In this document: positions 27,857-37,835 of the stretch, one piece after another
Numbering within the stretch: position 1 is the stretch's first letter
Layout of the letters: each line of letters begins with the position of its first letter
Origin: Candidatus Magasanikbacteria bacterium RIFCSPHIGHO2_01_FULL_33_34
GTDB taxonomy: Bacteria > Patescibacteriota > Patescibacteriia > Magasanikbacterales > UBA922
Reading direction: 5' to 3'
Length of the DNA stretch: 64,000 bases
Assembly: GCA_001782825.1 (NCBI GenBank)
Contig: MFPS01000008.1
Coordinates: 9,012-73,011 of the forward strand
Made by a program: the position numbers and the translations under genes
Notes under the pieces: generated by a model
The model's input: only the letters and a program-made list of their open reading frames with translations
Database searches by the model: none
What the model was told of the DNA's origin: nothing

Positions 27857-28798
27857 ATGGAAATATATAAAAAATTGAAGGAATTTGGCAAAGTTAAATT
27901 AAATGAGCCATTATTTAAGCACACTTCTATTAAAATTGGTGGTGTGGCTGATTTTTTTATTTTTGTGGATTCTGTTAGTCATTTGGTGGATTTGTTGAAT
28001 TTTCTGCGTAAAGAGGATATCAATTATATTGTTTTAGGTGGTGGAACCAATACCTTGCTTGTTGGTGAAAGATTTGAGGGCGTAGTTATTTCTACTGTAA
28101 ATGTTAGACAAATTAAATTTGATGAAAATAAAGTTACGGCTGATGCGGGTAGTTCAACGGCTGAGATTGCCAGAATGTCTATTAAAAATAATCTGACTGG
28201 TTTTGAATGGGGAATTTGTGTACCCGGAACAATTGGTGGAGCGACTTGTGGCAATGCTGGGGCTATGGGATATGATATGCGAGATTCTGTGGAAAAAGTG
28301 GAAGTATATAGAGATGGTGAAATTTTGGAGTTGTCGTATGATGAATGTGAGTTTGGGTATAGGGATAGTATTTTTAAGCATAATACAGATATAATTTTGC
28401 GTGTTTTTTTGAAGTTGGAAGTCAACAAAAATAAAGATTTGGCCAAAGAAGCGATGAATAATATAACTCACAGAAATAAAACTCAACCGCAAGGCTTTCC
28501 ATCAAGTGGTTGTGTTTTGAAAAATGTAGCAATTGATAAAAACATAAAGATTAAAGATTTGCCTGAACAGTTTTTGCAAAGAGGTATAATCTCTACTGGT
28601 TGGTTGATAGATCAAGCTGGCATGAAAGGTGAGAGTTTGGGTGGGGCAAAAGTGAGTGAAACGCATTGTAATTTTGTGATAAATGCTGGTGGGGCAACAA
28701 CTGATGATATCGTTGATTTGATTGAAAAAATTAAGGATAAAGTGTATGATAAATTTGGGATTAAATTAGAGGAGGAAGTGAGAATTATTCATTTATAA
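27857..28798 (+). CDS. murB: UDP-N-acetylenolpyruvoylglucosamine reductase
   Basis: HTSIKIGG, LGGGTN, PGTIGGA..GNAGA, FGYRDS.F, HCNFVIN, LEEEV. Confidence 0.96.
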   Translation: MEIYKKLKEFGKVKLNEPLFKHTSIKIGGVADFFIFVDSVSHLVDLLNFLRKEDINYIVLGGGTNTLLVGERFEGVVISTVNVRQIKFDENKVTADAGSSTAEIARMSIKNNLTGFEWGICVPGTIGGATCGNAGAMGYDMRDSVEKVEVYRDGEILELSYDECEFGYRDSIFKHNTDIILRVFLKLEVNKNKDLAKEAMNNITHRNKTQPQGFPSSGCVLKNVAIDKNIKIKDLPEQFLQRGIISTGWLIDQAGMKGESLGGAKVSETHCNFVINAGGATTDDIVDLIEKIKDKVYDKFGIKLEEEVRIIHL

Positions 28799-28810
28799 TA
28801 ATTTAAATAT

Positions 28811-29161
28811 ATGTCAATGAGTATAAAAGGGACAGGGATTGAGCTTACAGAAGCTATAAAACAATATGTGGAGGAAAAGTTTGGTGATTTGGATAAATTT
28901 TTTGATAATATCCAAAAAATTGAAGTTGATGTTGGTTTGCGTAGCCAACATCATAATAAGGGAAATATTTTTTATGCAGAAGTGAATGTGCATGTACCTG
29001 GACGATCTATCAGGGTTGTGAAAGAGACTGAAGATTTGTACAAAGCAATTGATAAAGTACGTGATCATTTGAAGAGTGAATTAAAAGAATTTAAGGATAA
29101 ATTGAATAGAGTGGACAAACAAGAACTACGCGATACAAAAGAATATGATATTGAAAATTAG
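28811..29161 (+). CDS. raiA: Ribosome hibernation promoting factor (RaiA/HPF)
   Basis: LTEAIKQYVEEK...DLYKAIDKV; located upstream of secA. Confidence 0.92.
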   Translation: MSMSIKGTGIELTEAIKQYVEEKFGDLDKFFDNIQKIEVDVGLRSQHHNKGNIFYAEVNVHVPGRSIRVVKETEDLYKAIDKVRDHLKSELKEFKDKLNRVDKQELRDTKEYDIEN

Positions 29162-29180
29162 CCTTGTGGCTAATTTTTAA

Positions 29181-29210
29181 ACCTCGCCTAATTGTGTATT
29201 TGGGCGAGGT
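29181..29210. terminator. Hairpin between hpf and a convergent small ORF
   Basis: acctcgcct...gggcgaggt. Confidence 0.6.
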
Positions 29211-29220
29211 CTGTTGCTAA

Positions 29221-29427
29221 TCATTTTTTGTTTTTAGGAGGTATTTTATTTTTTAAGTAATCTATTAAATTAATTATATTGCTTTTTTTAGCTTCTTCTT
29301 TTGGTTTATTTTTGAAAATATTTGAGAACCATGAGGTGTATTTTTTGAGAGTTTTTTTGAGTTTTTTGTAGTATATATAAATTACACCGAGAAGAAATAG
29401 TATAATTATTAATTGGAAATAAAACAT
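29221..29427 (-). CDS. Small membrane-anchored basic protein
   Basis: 68 aa, N-terminal TM, AAGGAG upstream. Confidence 0.55.
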   Translation of the reverse strand: MFYFQLIIILFLLGVIYIYYKKLKKTLKKYTSWFSNIFKNKPKEEAKKSNIINLIDYLKNKIPPKNKK

Positions 29428-29586
29428 GATTTTACTCCTTTTTGAAAAAAAAGATTGATTAGTATTATGTAGATTAGCAGATATAATGAGTTATGTAAAA
29501 AAAGAAGTCCGCTTTTGTCAAGCTATAGACAAAGAGCTGTAAATAAGCTAAAATACGGGTCAGTTATAAAGTAAATTAATAGACTT

Positions 29587-32340
29587 ATGTCATTTTTAAC
29601 TAAATTGCTAATAGGAGATCCGAATGCTAAAGTATTGAAATCATTACAAACCAATGTAGACAAAATTAATAGTTTGGAGTCAGAATATGAGAAGTTATCT
29701 GATGATAAATTAAAATCCAAAACATTGGAGTTTAAAAAACGTCTTGAGGCGGGTGAGACATTGGATGATATTCTGGTGGAGGCATTTGCAACTGTTCGTG
29801 AAGTTTCCAAGCGGACCACAGGTATGCGTCATTATGATGTACAGCTGGTGGGTGGAATGGTGCTTCATTCTGGAAAAATTGCTGAAATGAGAACTGGTGA
29901 AGGTAAAACTTTGGTGGCAACTTTGCCAATATATTTGAATGCACTAGCAGGGAAAGGTGTTCATTTGATTACAGTCAATGATTATTTGGCCAAACGTGAT
30001 GCTGTTTGGATGAGTCAAATTTATGATTTTTTGGGTTTGTCTGTGGGGATTATTCAAAATCAAAGAGTGAGCTATATTTATGATAGTTCAATTTTGGGTA
30101 ATAATATTGAGGGAAGTGATATTGATCAAGAAAGAGATGAAAGTGGAAGTTACAAAGTTGAGGAAGTATTTTTGCGTCCATCAAGTCGGCAAGAAGCGTA
30201 TAGGTGTGATATCACTTATGGTACCAATAATGAGTTTGGTTTTGATTATCTTCGTGACAATATGGTACAAAAACTTGATGAAATGGTAATGCGACCTGGT
30301 AGTGAGATGACTTATGCAATCATTGATGAAGTTGATTCTATTTTGATTGATGAGGCGCGTACGCCATTGATTATTTCAGCGCCAGCAGAAAAAGCAGCTG
30401 ATCAATATTATCAATTTGCCAAGCTAGTTCGTAATTTGAAAGAAAACGAAGACTATAATATTGATGAAAAATTGCGGGCAGCGACCTTGACCGAAGAAGG
30501 TGTAAATAAATTTGAGAGTTGGCTTGGAGTAGAAAATATTTATGTTGAAAGTGGAATGCGCACAATTCATCATATTGAGCAGTCTCTCAAAGCAGAAGTT
30601 TTGTTTAAACGAGATAAGGAGTATGTGGTTGAAGGAAATAATATAGTGATTATTGATGAATTTACTGGACGCAAGATGCCTGGTCGTCGTTATTCTGAAG
30701 GATTGCATCAAGCAATTGAAGCCAAAGAAGGAGTTGAAATTCAAAGAGAAAGTCAGACTTTGGCGACTGTAACTTTTCAGAATTTATTCCGTATGTATGG
30801 CAAATTGTCTGGAATGACTGGTACAGCTATTACTGAGGCTGAGGAATTTGGTAGTATATACAATCTAGAAGTAGTCACGATCCCAACCAATAGGACAGAT
30901 GTTAGAATTGATAGACCAGATAGAATATACAAGAATGAAAAAGGCAAAAATAAGGCTGTTCTTGAAAAAATAAAAGAATGTCAAGCTAAAAATCAGCCAA
31001 TTTTGGTTGGTACGATTTCGGTGGAAAAAAATGAAGAGTTGTCAGCTTATTTGGATTTGCAGGGTATTAAATATGAAGCTTTGAATGCCAAAAATCATGA
31101 ACGCGAAGGTGAAATAGTTGCTCAAGCCGGTCGTCCTGGGGCTGTGACATTGGCTACCAATATGGCTGGTCGTGGAGTAGATATTAAACTTGGTGGTGCA
31201 GAAATGGATGAAACGATGGCAAAACAGGTGAGAGAGGCGGGTGGTTTATTTGTATTGGGTACTGAGCGTCATGAGTCTCGTCGGATTGATAATCAGCTCC
31301 GTGGTCGATCAGCTCGTCAGGGAGATCCAGGAGAGACTCAATTTTTTGTGTCCACCGATGATGATTTGATGCGAATTTTTGCCGGTGATAGGCTTAAAGC
31401 TGTTATGACCAAGCTCAATGTGCCGGATGATATGCCAATTGAGCAAAAGATGATTACCAAAATGATAGAGACTGCTCAAAAGAAAGTGGAAGGTCATAAT
31501 TTTGATATTCGTAAACATCTTTTGGAATATGATGATGTATTAAACAAGCAGAGAACTATAATTTATAAAAAAAGAAAAGAAATATTAGAATCGGCTAATG
31601 AAAAAGATAGAAAAAAAATAAAAGAATTGGTATTAACTTTGATTGAACAAGAGATTGAGTTTATTGTTTCATATCACACAAATTTTGATGATAAAAAAGA
31701 ATGGAATGTTCAAGAAATTTATGAGACAGCCAAAACTATTTTTAATTTTACAGACAAGGAAAAAGAAGAATTGTTGAGAATGAATAAATTTAATGATAAT
31801 AAATTGGATGAAATCAAAACCCGAGAGATGATGGTAAAATTTTTGTTGGATAAATCAAATATTGAATATGAAAATTTGGAGAATAGCATCATGCAATCAG
31901 TTGGAGATGAAAATAATAATAAAGATGAAGTGATGAAGGATATTGAAAAAAGTATATTGCTTCGGGCAATTGATACACTTTGGGTGGAGCATCTTGTGTC
32001 TATTGATCATTTGCGTACAGGTATTGGTTTGCGTGGTTATGGTCAACGTGATCCATTGATTGAGTACAAAAAAGAAACTTATGATATGTTCAATGAGTTG
32101 CAGTCTGCAATTCAAAAAGAAGTAGTATATTCATTTTTCAAAATTGGCGCTGGTCTCCAATTAGCGCCGACTATTATGGCATCAGACAAAATGACTTTGC
32201 AAGGTGCCAAGAAAAGTTCAACAGTAAATTTAAATTCTGGTTCTAGTAAGCCACGAGATGGTGAAGGAAAAAAAGTTGGTAGAAATGATATGTGTCCTTG
32301 TGGTAGTGGAAAGAAGTATAAGAAGTGTCATGGAGTGTAA
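29587..32340 (+). CDS. secA: Preprotein translocase ATPase SecA
   Basis: MRTGEGKT, DEVDSILIDEARTPLIIS, QLRGRSARQGDPG, C-terminal CPCGSGKKYKKCH. Confidence 0.99.
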   Translation: MSFLTKLLIGDPNAKVLKSLQTNVDKINSLESEYEKLSDDKLKSKTLEFKKRLEAGETLDDILVEAFATVREVSKRTTGMRHYDVQLVGGMVLHSGKIAEMRTGEGKTLVATLPIYLNALAGKGVHLITVNDYLAKRDAVWMSQIYDFLGLSVGIIQNQRVSYIYDSSILGNNIEGSDIDQERDESGSYKVEEVFLRPSSRQEAYRCDITYGTNNEFGFDYLRDNMVQKLDEMVMRPGSEMTYAIIDEVDSILIDEARTPLIISAPAEKAADQYYQFAKLVRNLKENEDYNIDEKLRAATLTEEGVNKFESWLGVENIYVESGMRTIHHIEQSLKAEVLFKRDKEYVVEGNNIVIIDEFTGRKMPGRRYSEGLHQAIEAKEGVEIQRESQTLATVTFQNLFRMYGKLSGMTGTAITEAEEFGSIYNLEVVTIPTNRTDVRIDRPDRIYKNEKGKNKAVLEKIKECQAKNQPILVGTISVEKNEELSAYLDLQGIKYEALNAKNHEREGEIVAQAGRPGAVTLATNMAGRGVDIKLGGAEMDETMAKQVREAGGLFVLGTERHESRRIDNQLRGRSARQGDPGETQFFVSTDDDLMRIFAGDRLKAVMTKLNVPDDMPIEQKMITKMIETAQKKVEGHNFDIRKHLLEYDDVLNKQRTIIYKKRKEILESANEKDRKKIKELVLTLIEQEIEFIVSYHTNFDDKKEWNVQEIYETAKTIFNFTDKEKEELLRMNKFNDNKLDEIKTREMMVKFLLDKSNIEYENLENSIMQSVGDENNNKDEVMKDIEKSILLRAIDTLWVEHLVSIDHLRTGIGLRGYGQRDPLIEYKKETYDMFNELQSAIQKEVVYSFFKIGAGLQLAPTIMASDKMTLQGAKKSSTVNLNSGSSKPRDGEGKKVGRNDMCPCGSGKKYKKCHGV

Positions 32341-32341
32341 T

Positions 32342-32866
32342 ATGCAAATAATAGTTGGTTCTCAAAACAAAGCTAAGTTAGATGCGGTTTCAGAAATAAT
32401 CAAGGATTATCCGAATTTAAAAGATTTTTCAGTTTTTGGTGTGGAAGTTGAATCTGGTGTATCTGATCAACCAAAAAGTTTAGAAGAAACTGTGCAGGGT
32501 GCAATGAATCGCGCTAAAGATTCGTTTAAGGATTGTGATTATAGTTTTGGTTTGGAGTCTGGTTTGATGTCAGTCCCAAATACAAAAACTGGTTTTATGG
32601 ATGTATGTGTCTGTGCAATTTTTGATGGGAGTGATTATCATCTCGGTCTTTCGTCAGCTTGGGAGGCGCCTAAGAAAGTTATAGATTATATGCTTGAAGA
32701 AGGTTTGAATATGACTGAAGCAAGTGTAAAAGCTGGTTTAACAGGTAACTCAAATATTGGTTCTGCAGAAGGTTTGGTTGGAATTATGACAAAAGGCAGA
32801 TTAAATAGAAAAGAATATACAAAAGAAGCTATAAGAACAGCTCTTATACATTTAGAAAATATTTAA
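32342..32866 (+). CDS. yjjX: Inosine/xanthosine triphosphatase
   Basis: VGSQN.AK..AV, SGVSDQP, GAMNRA, GLESG, G.VGIMT.G...R; ATG at 32342. Confidence 0.9.
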   Translation: MQIIVGSQNKAKLDAVSEIIKDYPNLKDFSVFGVEVESGVSDQPKSLEETVQGAMNRAKDSFKDCDYSFGLESGLMSVPNTKTGFMDVCVCAIFDGSDYHLGLSSAWEAPKKVIDYMLEEGLNMTEASVKAGLTGNSNIGSAEGLVGIMTKGRLNRKEYTKEAIRTALIHLENI

Positions 32867-32896
32867 AATATTGTAAATATAGTAAAATTTGCTTAC

Positions 32897-32925
32897 TTGA
32901 CGATTTTATCTATATATTGTAAAAT
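32897..32925 (+). promoter_or_regulatory. sigma70 promoter for secDF
   Basis: TTGACG-17-TAAAAT. Confidence 0.65.
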
Positions 32926-33004
32926 GTGTCCACTGTCTATTTTCGCAATAATATTGTGAAAGTATTAAATTATCTAGATTAGAATGTAGAGAAAATAATA
33001 AAAT

Positions 33005-35050
33005 ATGGCATTAAAAACAAATGTTAAACAAAATATTCGTAATAAAATTAGATGGGGTGTAGTTGGGATTTTTGCATTAATTGTGGTAGCAGTGTCTTAT
33101 GATGCGCCAACTTTTTTTAATAATAAAATCAATTGGATAAATAGCGTTACATCAATCGGTATACCAAATATTCCTGAAAGTTCTTTTGCGCTTGGTCTAG
33201 ATTTGCAAGGTGGTGCCCATCTGATATATCAGGCTGATGTAGCTGGTATTTCAGAAGATGGAAAAGGGGATGCAGTTGAAGGTGTACGTGACGTAATTGA
33301 GCGTCGTGTAAATGGTTTGGGTGTTGGTGAACCAAATATTCAAACTACCAAAGTTGGAGAAGATTATAGAATTATAGTTGAGTTACCGGGTGTGACTGAT
33401 GTAAATGAAGCTATTAGTATGATTGGTGAAACTCCGATATTAGAATTCAAAGAATTGAATCAGGAACCAGAACGTGGATTGACCGAAGAAGAACAAAAAG
33501 AAATTGATGATTATAATGCTGATGCAGAATCCAGAGCATTGTCTGTGGTTGAAAAGTTAAATAATGGTCTTGATTTTTCAGATGCAGCCAAAGAATTTTC
33601 AGAACATGAAGTTAGTAAGAATAATGGTGGATATATTGGGTTTGTGAATGAATATGGTTATTATGCGCCAATCTATAATTGGTTATCTGGCGCTGGTGAA
33701 GGGGAGATATCAAAAGGTTTAATAGAGTCATTGGATAGTTTTAATATCTTGAAAAGAGGCTCTAGTAGGGATGGTGAAGTGAGGGCTAAGGCGAGTCATA
33801 TTTTGATTTGTTATCTTGGTTCATCACAATGTAATGAACCAATTTATACAAAAGAAGAAGCCAAAGCTAAGGCTCAAGAATTGTTTGATCAGGCCAATGC
33901 AGAAAATTTTGGTATTTTGGCTAAAGAAAATTCAGCAGACCCTGGTTCTCGTGAAAATAATGGTGATTTAGGATTTTTTGCAAAATCTGATATGGTAAAA
34001 GAATTTGCTGATGCTGTATTTAGTGCAGAGGTGGGTCAAATTATAGGACCAGTTGAGACAGAATTTGGTTATCATGTTATATACAAAACAGATGAAACAA
34101 TTCCTGTAGAATATGAATTTTCTGCAATCGTTATAAACAAAAAAACTGCTCAGGATGTTTTGCCTGTGCAAGATCAGTTTGTGTATACTGGTTTGACTGG
34201 TGCACAATTGGAAAGGACAGAAGTGGTAAGTGATTCACAGACAAGTGAAATGCAGGTATCTTTGCAGTTTGATTCTGATGGAAAAAATTTGTTTAAAGAA
34301 ATTACTACTAGAAATGTTGGTCAACCTGTAGCAATATTCCTTGATGGCGAAATTATCAGTGCGCCAACTGTACAACAACCAATAGTTGATGGTCAGGCAG
34401 TAATAACTGGTAATTTTGATTTGGCAGAAGCAAGATTATTAAGCCAAAGATTGAATGCGGGTGCATTACCAGTACCAATTGATCTTATTTCACAACAAAG
34501 TGTTGGTGCAAGTCTTGGGGCTGAATCATTGATGAAGAGCTTGAAAGCCGGAGTTATTGCGCTTGTATTGGTGATGATATTTATGATTTTGTATTATAGA
34601 TTACCAGGATTATTGTCAGTGATCGCTTTAGTATTATATTTAGCAGTCACATTAGCAGTATTTAAATTGATTGGTGTTACGCTTACTTTGGCGGGTATTG
34701 CTGGTTTGGTATTATCAATTGGTATGGCAGTTGATGCCAATGTGCTAATTTTTGAACGCTTAAAAGAAGAATTGAAAGATGGTAAAAGTTTGAAGGCATC
34801 TGTAGAAGAAGGATTTCTTCGTGCTTGGCCATCAATTCGTGATGGAAATGTTTCAACTTTGATCACTTGTGCATTATTGATTTGGTTTGGATCTAGCTTT
34901 GTTCAAGGATTTGCGATTACACTTGCACTTGGTATATTGATGAGTATGTTTTCTGCGATTACTGTTACTCGCATATTACTTAGATTTGTAATACCTTGGT
35001 TTGAAAATAAAGGAAAGTGGTTATTTACAGGAGCAAATAATGATAATTAA
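33005..35050 (+). CDS. secD: Protein translocase subunit SecD with inserted parvulin PPIase domains
   Basis: LGLDLQGG, RRVNGLGV.EP, L.AGALP, IGMAVDANVLIFER; insert with ASHILI...GDLGFF...ETEFGYHVI. Confidence 0.95.
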   Translation: MALKTNVKQNIRNKIRWGVVGIFALIVVAVSYDAPTFFNNKINWINSVTSIGIPNIPESSFALGLDLQGGAHLIYQADVAGISEDGKGDAVEGVRDVIERRVNGLGVGEPNIQTTKVGEDYRIIVELPGVTDVNEAISMIGETPILEFKELNQEPERGLTEEEQKEIDDYNADAESRALSVVEKLNNGLDFSDAAKEFSEHEVSKNNGGYIGFVNEYGYYAPIYNWLSGAGEGEISKGLIESLDSFNILKRGSSRDGEVRAKASHILICYLGSSQCNEPIYTKEEAKAKAQELFDQANAENFGILAKENSADPGSRENNGDLGFFAKSDMVKEFADAVFSAEVGQIIGPVETEFGYHVIYKTDETIPVEYEFSAIVINKKTAQDVLPVQDQFVYTGLTGAQLERTEVVSDSQTSEMQVSLQFDSDGKNLFKEITTRNVGQPVAIFLDGEIISAPTVQQPIVDGQAVITGNFDLAEARLLSQRLNAGALPVPIDLISQQSVGASLGAESLMKSLKAGVIALVLVMIFMILYYRLPGLLSVIALVLYLAVTLAVFKLIGVTLTLAGIAGLVLSIGMAVDANVLIFERLKEELKDGKSLKASVEEGFLRAWPSIRDGNVSTLITCALLIWFGSSFVQGFAITLALGILMSMFSAITVTRILLRFVIPWFENKGKWLFTGANNDN

Positions 35051-35053
35051 TAT

Positions 35054-36094
35054 ATGGAAATTATAAAAAATAGAAAAATTCCGTTTACTATTTCTGGTAT
35101 TTTGTTTGTTGTCAGTGTTATAGCTTTATTTTTATTTGGATTAAAGCCCGGCATAGATTTTACTGGTGGTGCTTTGATGGAAGTCAGGTTTGGAAATGAA
35201 CGACCAGAAATATCAGAAGTGCAATTAGCCTTGTCTGAAATGAATCTGGGCGAAGTTTTGATACAACCAACTGGTGAAGATAATATGATATTGAAAATGA
35301 GATTTGTGTCAGAAGAAGAGCATCAAGCAATTTTGGGTGTATTGAGAGAAAAATTTCAAAATAGTACAGAAGAAATAATTGATGAAGATATTATTTCAGA
35401 AGACACAGTTGAGGATGTTGTTGGGGGTGATACAAATAAAGAGGAAATTAATTTTGAATTACCAACGATAGAGACAGAAGAAGTTATTGACAAACCTATT
35501 ATTCAAGTGCCAGATGTATTGGAAGAAAGATTTGAAACTATAGGTGCGGCAATCAGTTCTCATTTAAGAGAAAGATCTATGTATGCTGCTGTGGCTGTTG
35601 TGTTAGCAATAATTTTGTATATTGGTTATACTTTTAGAAAGGTTTCTAAACCAGTACAATCATGGAAATATGGTGTTACAGCTATTATTGCTCTTTTTCA
35701 TGATGTAATTATTACAATGGCAGTATTTGCAGTATTAGGACATTATGCTGGAGTAGAAGTTGGGATATCATTTGTGGTAGCATTATTAACTATTATGGGT
35801 TATTCGGTCAATGATACTATTGTGGTATTTGATCGTATTCGTGAAAATTTGATAAAACGTGGAAGTGATCAATTTGATGAAACAGTCAATATGGGTGTTA
35901 AACAATCAATTACTCGTTCACTTAATACTTCCTTGACTACTTTACTTGTATTGGTTGCTTTATTTGTATTTGGTGGTGAATCTATACATTATTTTTCGTT
36001 AACATTAATTGTAGGAATAGTCGTTGGAACTTATTCATCAATATTTTTGGCTAGTCCGTTATTAGTTGAATGGGCAAATTATAAGAAAAGATAA
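35054..36094 (+). CDS. secF: Protein translocase subunit SecF
   Basis: GIDFTGG, ALFHDV, GYSVNDTIVVFDRIRE, GTYSSIF. Confidence 0.97.
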   Translation: MEIIKNRKIPFTISGILFVVSVIALFLFGLKPGIDFTGGALMEVRFGNERPEISEVQLALSEMNLGEVLIQPTGEDNMILKMRFVSEEEHQAILGVLREKFQNSTEEIIDEDIISEDTVEDVVGGDTNKEEINFELPTIETEEVIDKPIIQVPDVLEERFETIGAAISSHLRERSMYAAVAVVLAIILYIGYTFRKVSKPVQSWKYGVTAIIALFHDVIITMAVFAVLGHYAGVEVGISFVVALLTIMGYSVNDTIVVFDRIRENLIKRGSDQFDETVNMGVKQSITRSLNTSLTTLLVLVALFVFGGESIHYFSLTLIVGIVVGTYSSIFLASPLLVEWANYKKR

Positions 36095-36102
36095 TAAAAA
36101 AT

Positions 36103-36134
36103 AAAAGAACTCTGCTATTCAGCAGAGTTCTTTT
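36103..36134. terminator. Terminator after secF
   Basis: aaaagaactctgct-attc-agcagagttctttt. Confidence 0.85.
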
Positions 36135-36192
36135 GTGATATAATAAATTTGTCTAATTTATATTATTTAATCAAAGAATATAAAATTTTTGT

Positions 36193-36354
36193 ATGTCTGA
36201 AAGTTTAATGAAACATTTTGTAGCTTTGTCTGGTACACTAGTATGTTTGCTTGTGTATTGGGTAGGCTATGTTGGTGGTAAATCAGGTATTTGGTTGCCG
36301 GTCTTGGGTCTTATTGCGATTTATGTAATAATTTACAAACTGCTTGATATGTAG
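36193..36354 (+). CDS. Small 2-TM membrane protein (53 aa, not in ORF track)
   Basis: MSESLMKHFVALSGTLVCLLVYWVGYVGGKSGIWLPVLGLIAIYVIIYKLLDM; ends 14 bp before the next gene. Confidence 0.7.
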   Translation: MSESLMKHFVALSGTLVCLLVYWVGYVGGKSGIWLPVLGLIAIYVIIYKLLDM

Positions 36355-36368
36355 TAGTTTTTTAAGAT

Positions 36369-37829
36369 ATGGAAATTGGTCCTATAAATATTGATTTGTC
36401 ATACGCACAGACTTTTTTTCAAGGAAAAGGGACTTTTGAGGTTGTAATGTTGGTAATTGCATGGTTTGGTTGGATAGTTATTGTATATTTTTTACTTTTT
36501 ATTATGTTATTCCTATGGAAGGAATACAAAGAAGAACAGTACAAGAAGGATTGGAAATGGGTACTTTTGGCGATAGATATTCCACCAGAAAATATGCAAA
36601 CCCCAAAAGCTGTTGAACAAATGTTTTCTCATTTGGCTGGGGCACATGATAGTCCGAATATTGCTGATAAATTTAGAACTGGTTATAAACAGCGTTGGTT
36701 TAGCTTTGAAATTATTAGTATGGAGGGGTATATTCAGTTTTTGGTGCGAACTGAGGAAATGTTTAGAGATTTGGTAGAAGCAGCAGTTTATGCGCAATAC
36801 CCAGGAGCTGAAATTTTTGAGGTTGAAGATTATGTTGATCAAGTACCAGACAAATTTCCTTCAGATGAATATGATATGTGGTCAGCAGATTTTGGTTTAG
36901 CAGAAAATTTTGCTTTTCCGATTAGAACATATGAAGAATTTGAACATAAGCTTTTTAAAGATGAGATGTTGAAGGATCCAATGGGAACATTTTTGGAAAG
37001 TTTTAGTCGGATCGGAGCTGGAGAACAGGTTTGGTTTCAGATTTTATTGGAACCAATAGATAATAGTTGGAAAGAAAAAGTAATAAAAAAGATTAAAGAA
37101 TTGGTAGGTGATATGGCAAGTATGACTAGTAGTAATAGTAAAAAAGGCGGAGGCTTTACTAGTCTTATCACAGATGAACCCAAAAAAGCTATGGCAGAAC
37201 TTAGTGCTCAATTATTTGGTTCTGGTACTTCTGATGCGGATGGTAAGGTTGTAAAAGATACTAACAAAACTCCAAAATTGACTCCGGGACAATCAAAAAT
37301 ATTAGAAGCAATGGAGAAAAAAATAACTAAAATTGGATTTAAAACTAAAATGAGATTAGTATATGTTGCGCGAAAGGAAGTATTTAAACCAGAAAGAGCT
37401 GTTAATGCAATTATTGGGGCTATTGGTCTATATAATGTTCCGAGTTCTAATTCGATTGTGGCGACTTCATCTATTAGTACCAATTATTTTCTCAAAGAAT
37501 CAAGGAACCAAACTAAAAAAATTAAAGCAATGAGTGCATATAAGAAAAGAAAAATGAAAGTTGGTGGCAATTCTTTTGTGTTTAATATAGAGGAGTTGGC
37601 TACTATTTGGCATTTTCCATTATCTTATGTAAAGACTCCAAATGTGCAAAAGACACAAGGTAAAAGAGCTGAACCACCATCTGGCCTTCCGGTTGAAAAT
37701 ATTCCAATTGTTGCCAAGATTCCAGTAGATGAGAGTGATAATAAGACAGTCAAAAAAGGGCAAAATAAAACTATTATTACTGATGCAGGGGATGTGGCTT
37801 ATTTTAGTTCTGATGAAGAGTATGGTTAA
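36369..37829 (+). CDS. Hypothetical membrane protein resembling the N-terminal region of CPR coupling-protein/DUF87-type ATPases
   Basis: TM, SFEI, YAQYP.AEI.EV.DY, ELATIWHFP; no Walker A motif; family link from recall only. Confidence 0.65.
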   Translation: MEIGPINIDLSYAQTFFQGKGTFEVVMLVIAWFGWIVIVYFLLFIMLFLWKEYKEEQYKKDWKWVLLAIDIPPENMQTPKAVEQMFSHLAGAHDSPNIADKFRTGYKQRWFSFEIISMEGYIQFLVRTEEMFRDLVEAAVYAQYPGAEIFEVEDYVDQVPDKFPSDEYDMWSADFGLAENFAFPIRTYEEFEHKLFKDEMLKDPMGTFLESFSRIGAGEQVWFQILLEPIDNSWKEKVIKKIKELVGDMASMTSSNSKKGGGFTSLITDEPKKAMAELSAQLFGSGTSDADGKVVKDTNKTPKLTPGQSKILEAMEKKITKIGFKTKMRLVYVARKEVFKPERAVNAIIGAIGLYNVPSSNSIVATSSISTNYFLKESRNQTKKIKAMSAYKKRKMKVGGNSFVFNIEELATIWHFPLSYVKTPNVQKTQGKRAEPPSGLPVENIPIVAKIPVDESDNKTVKKGQNKTIITDAGDVAYFSSDEEYG

Positions 37830-37835
37830 TTATTT

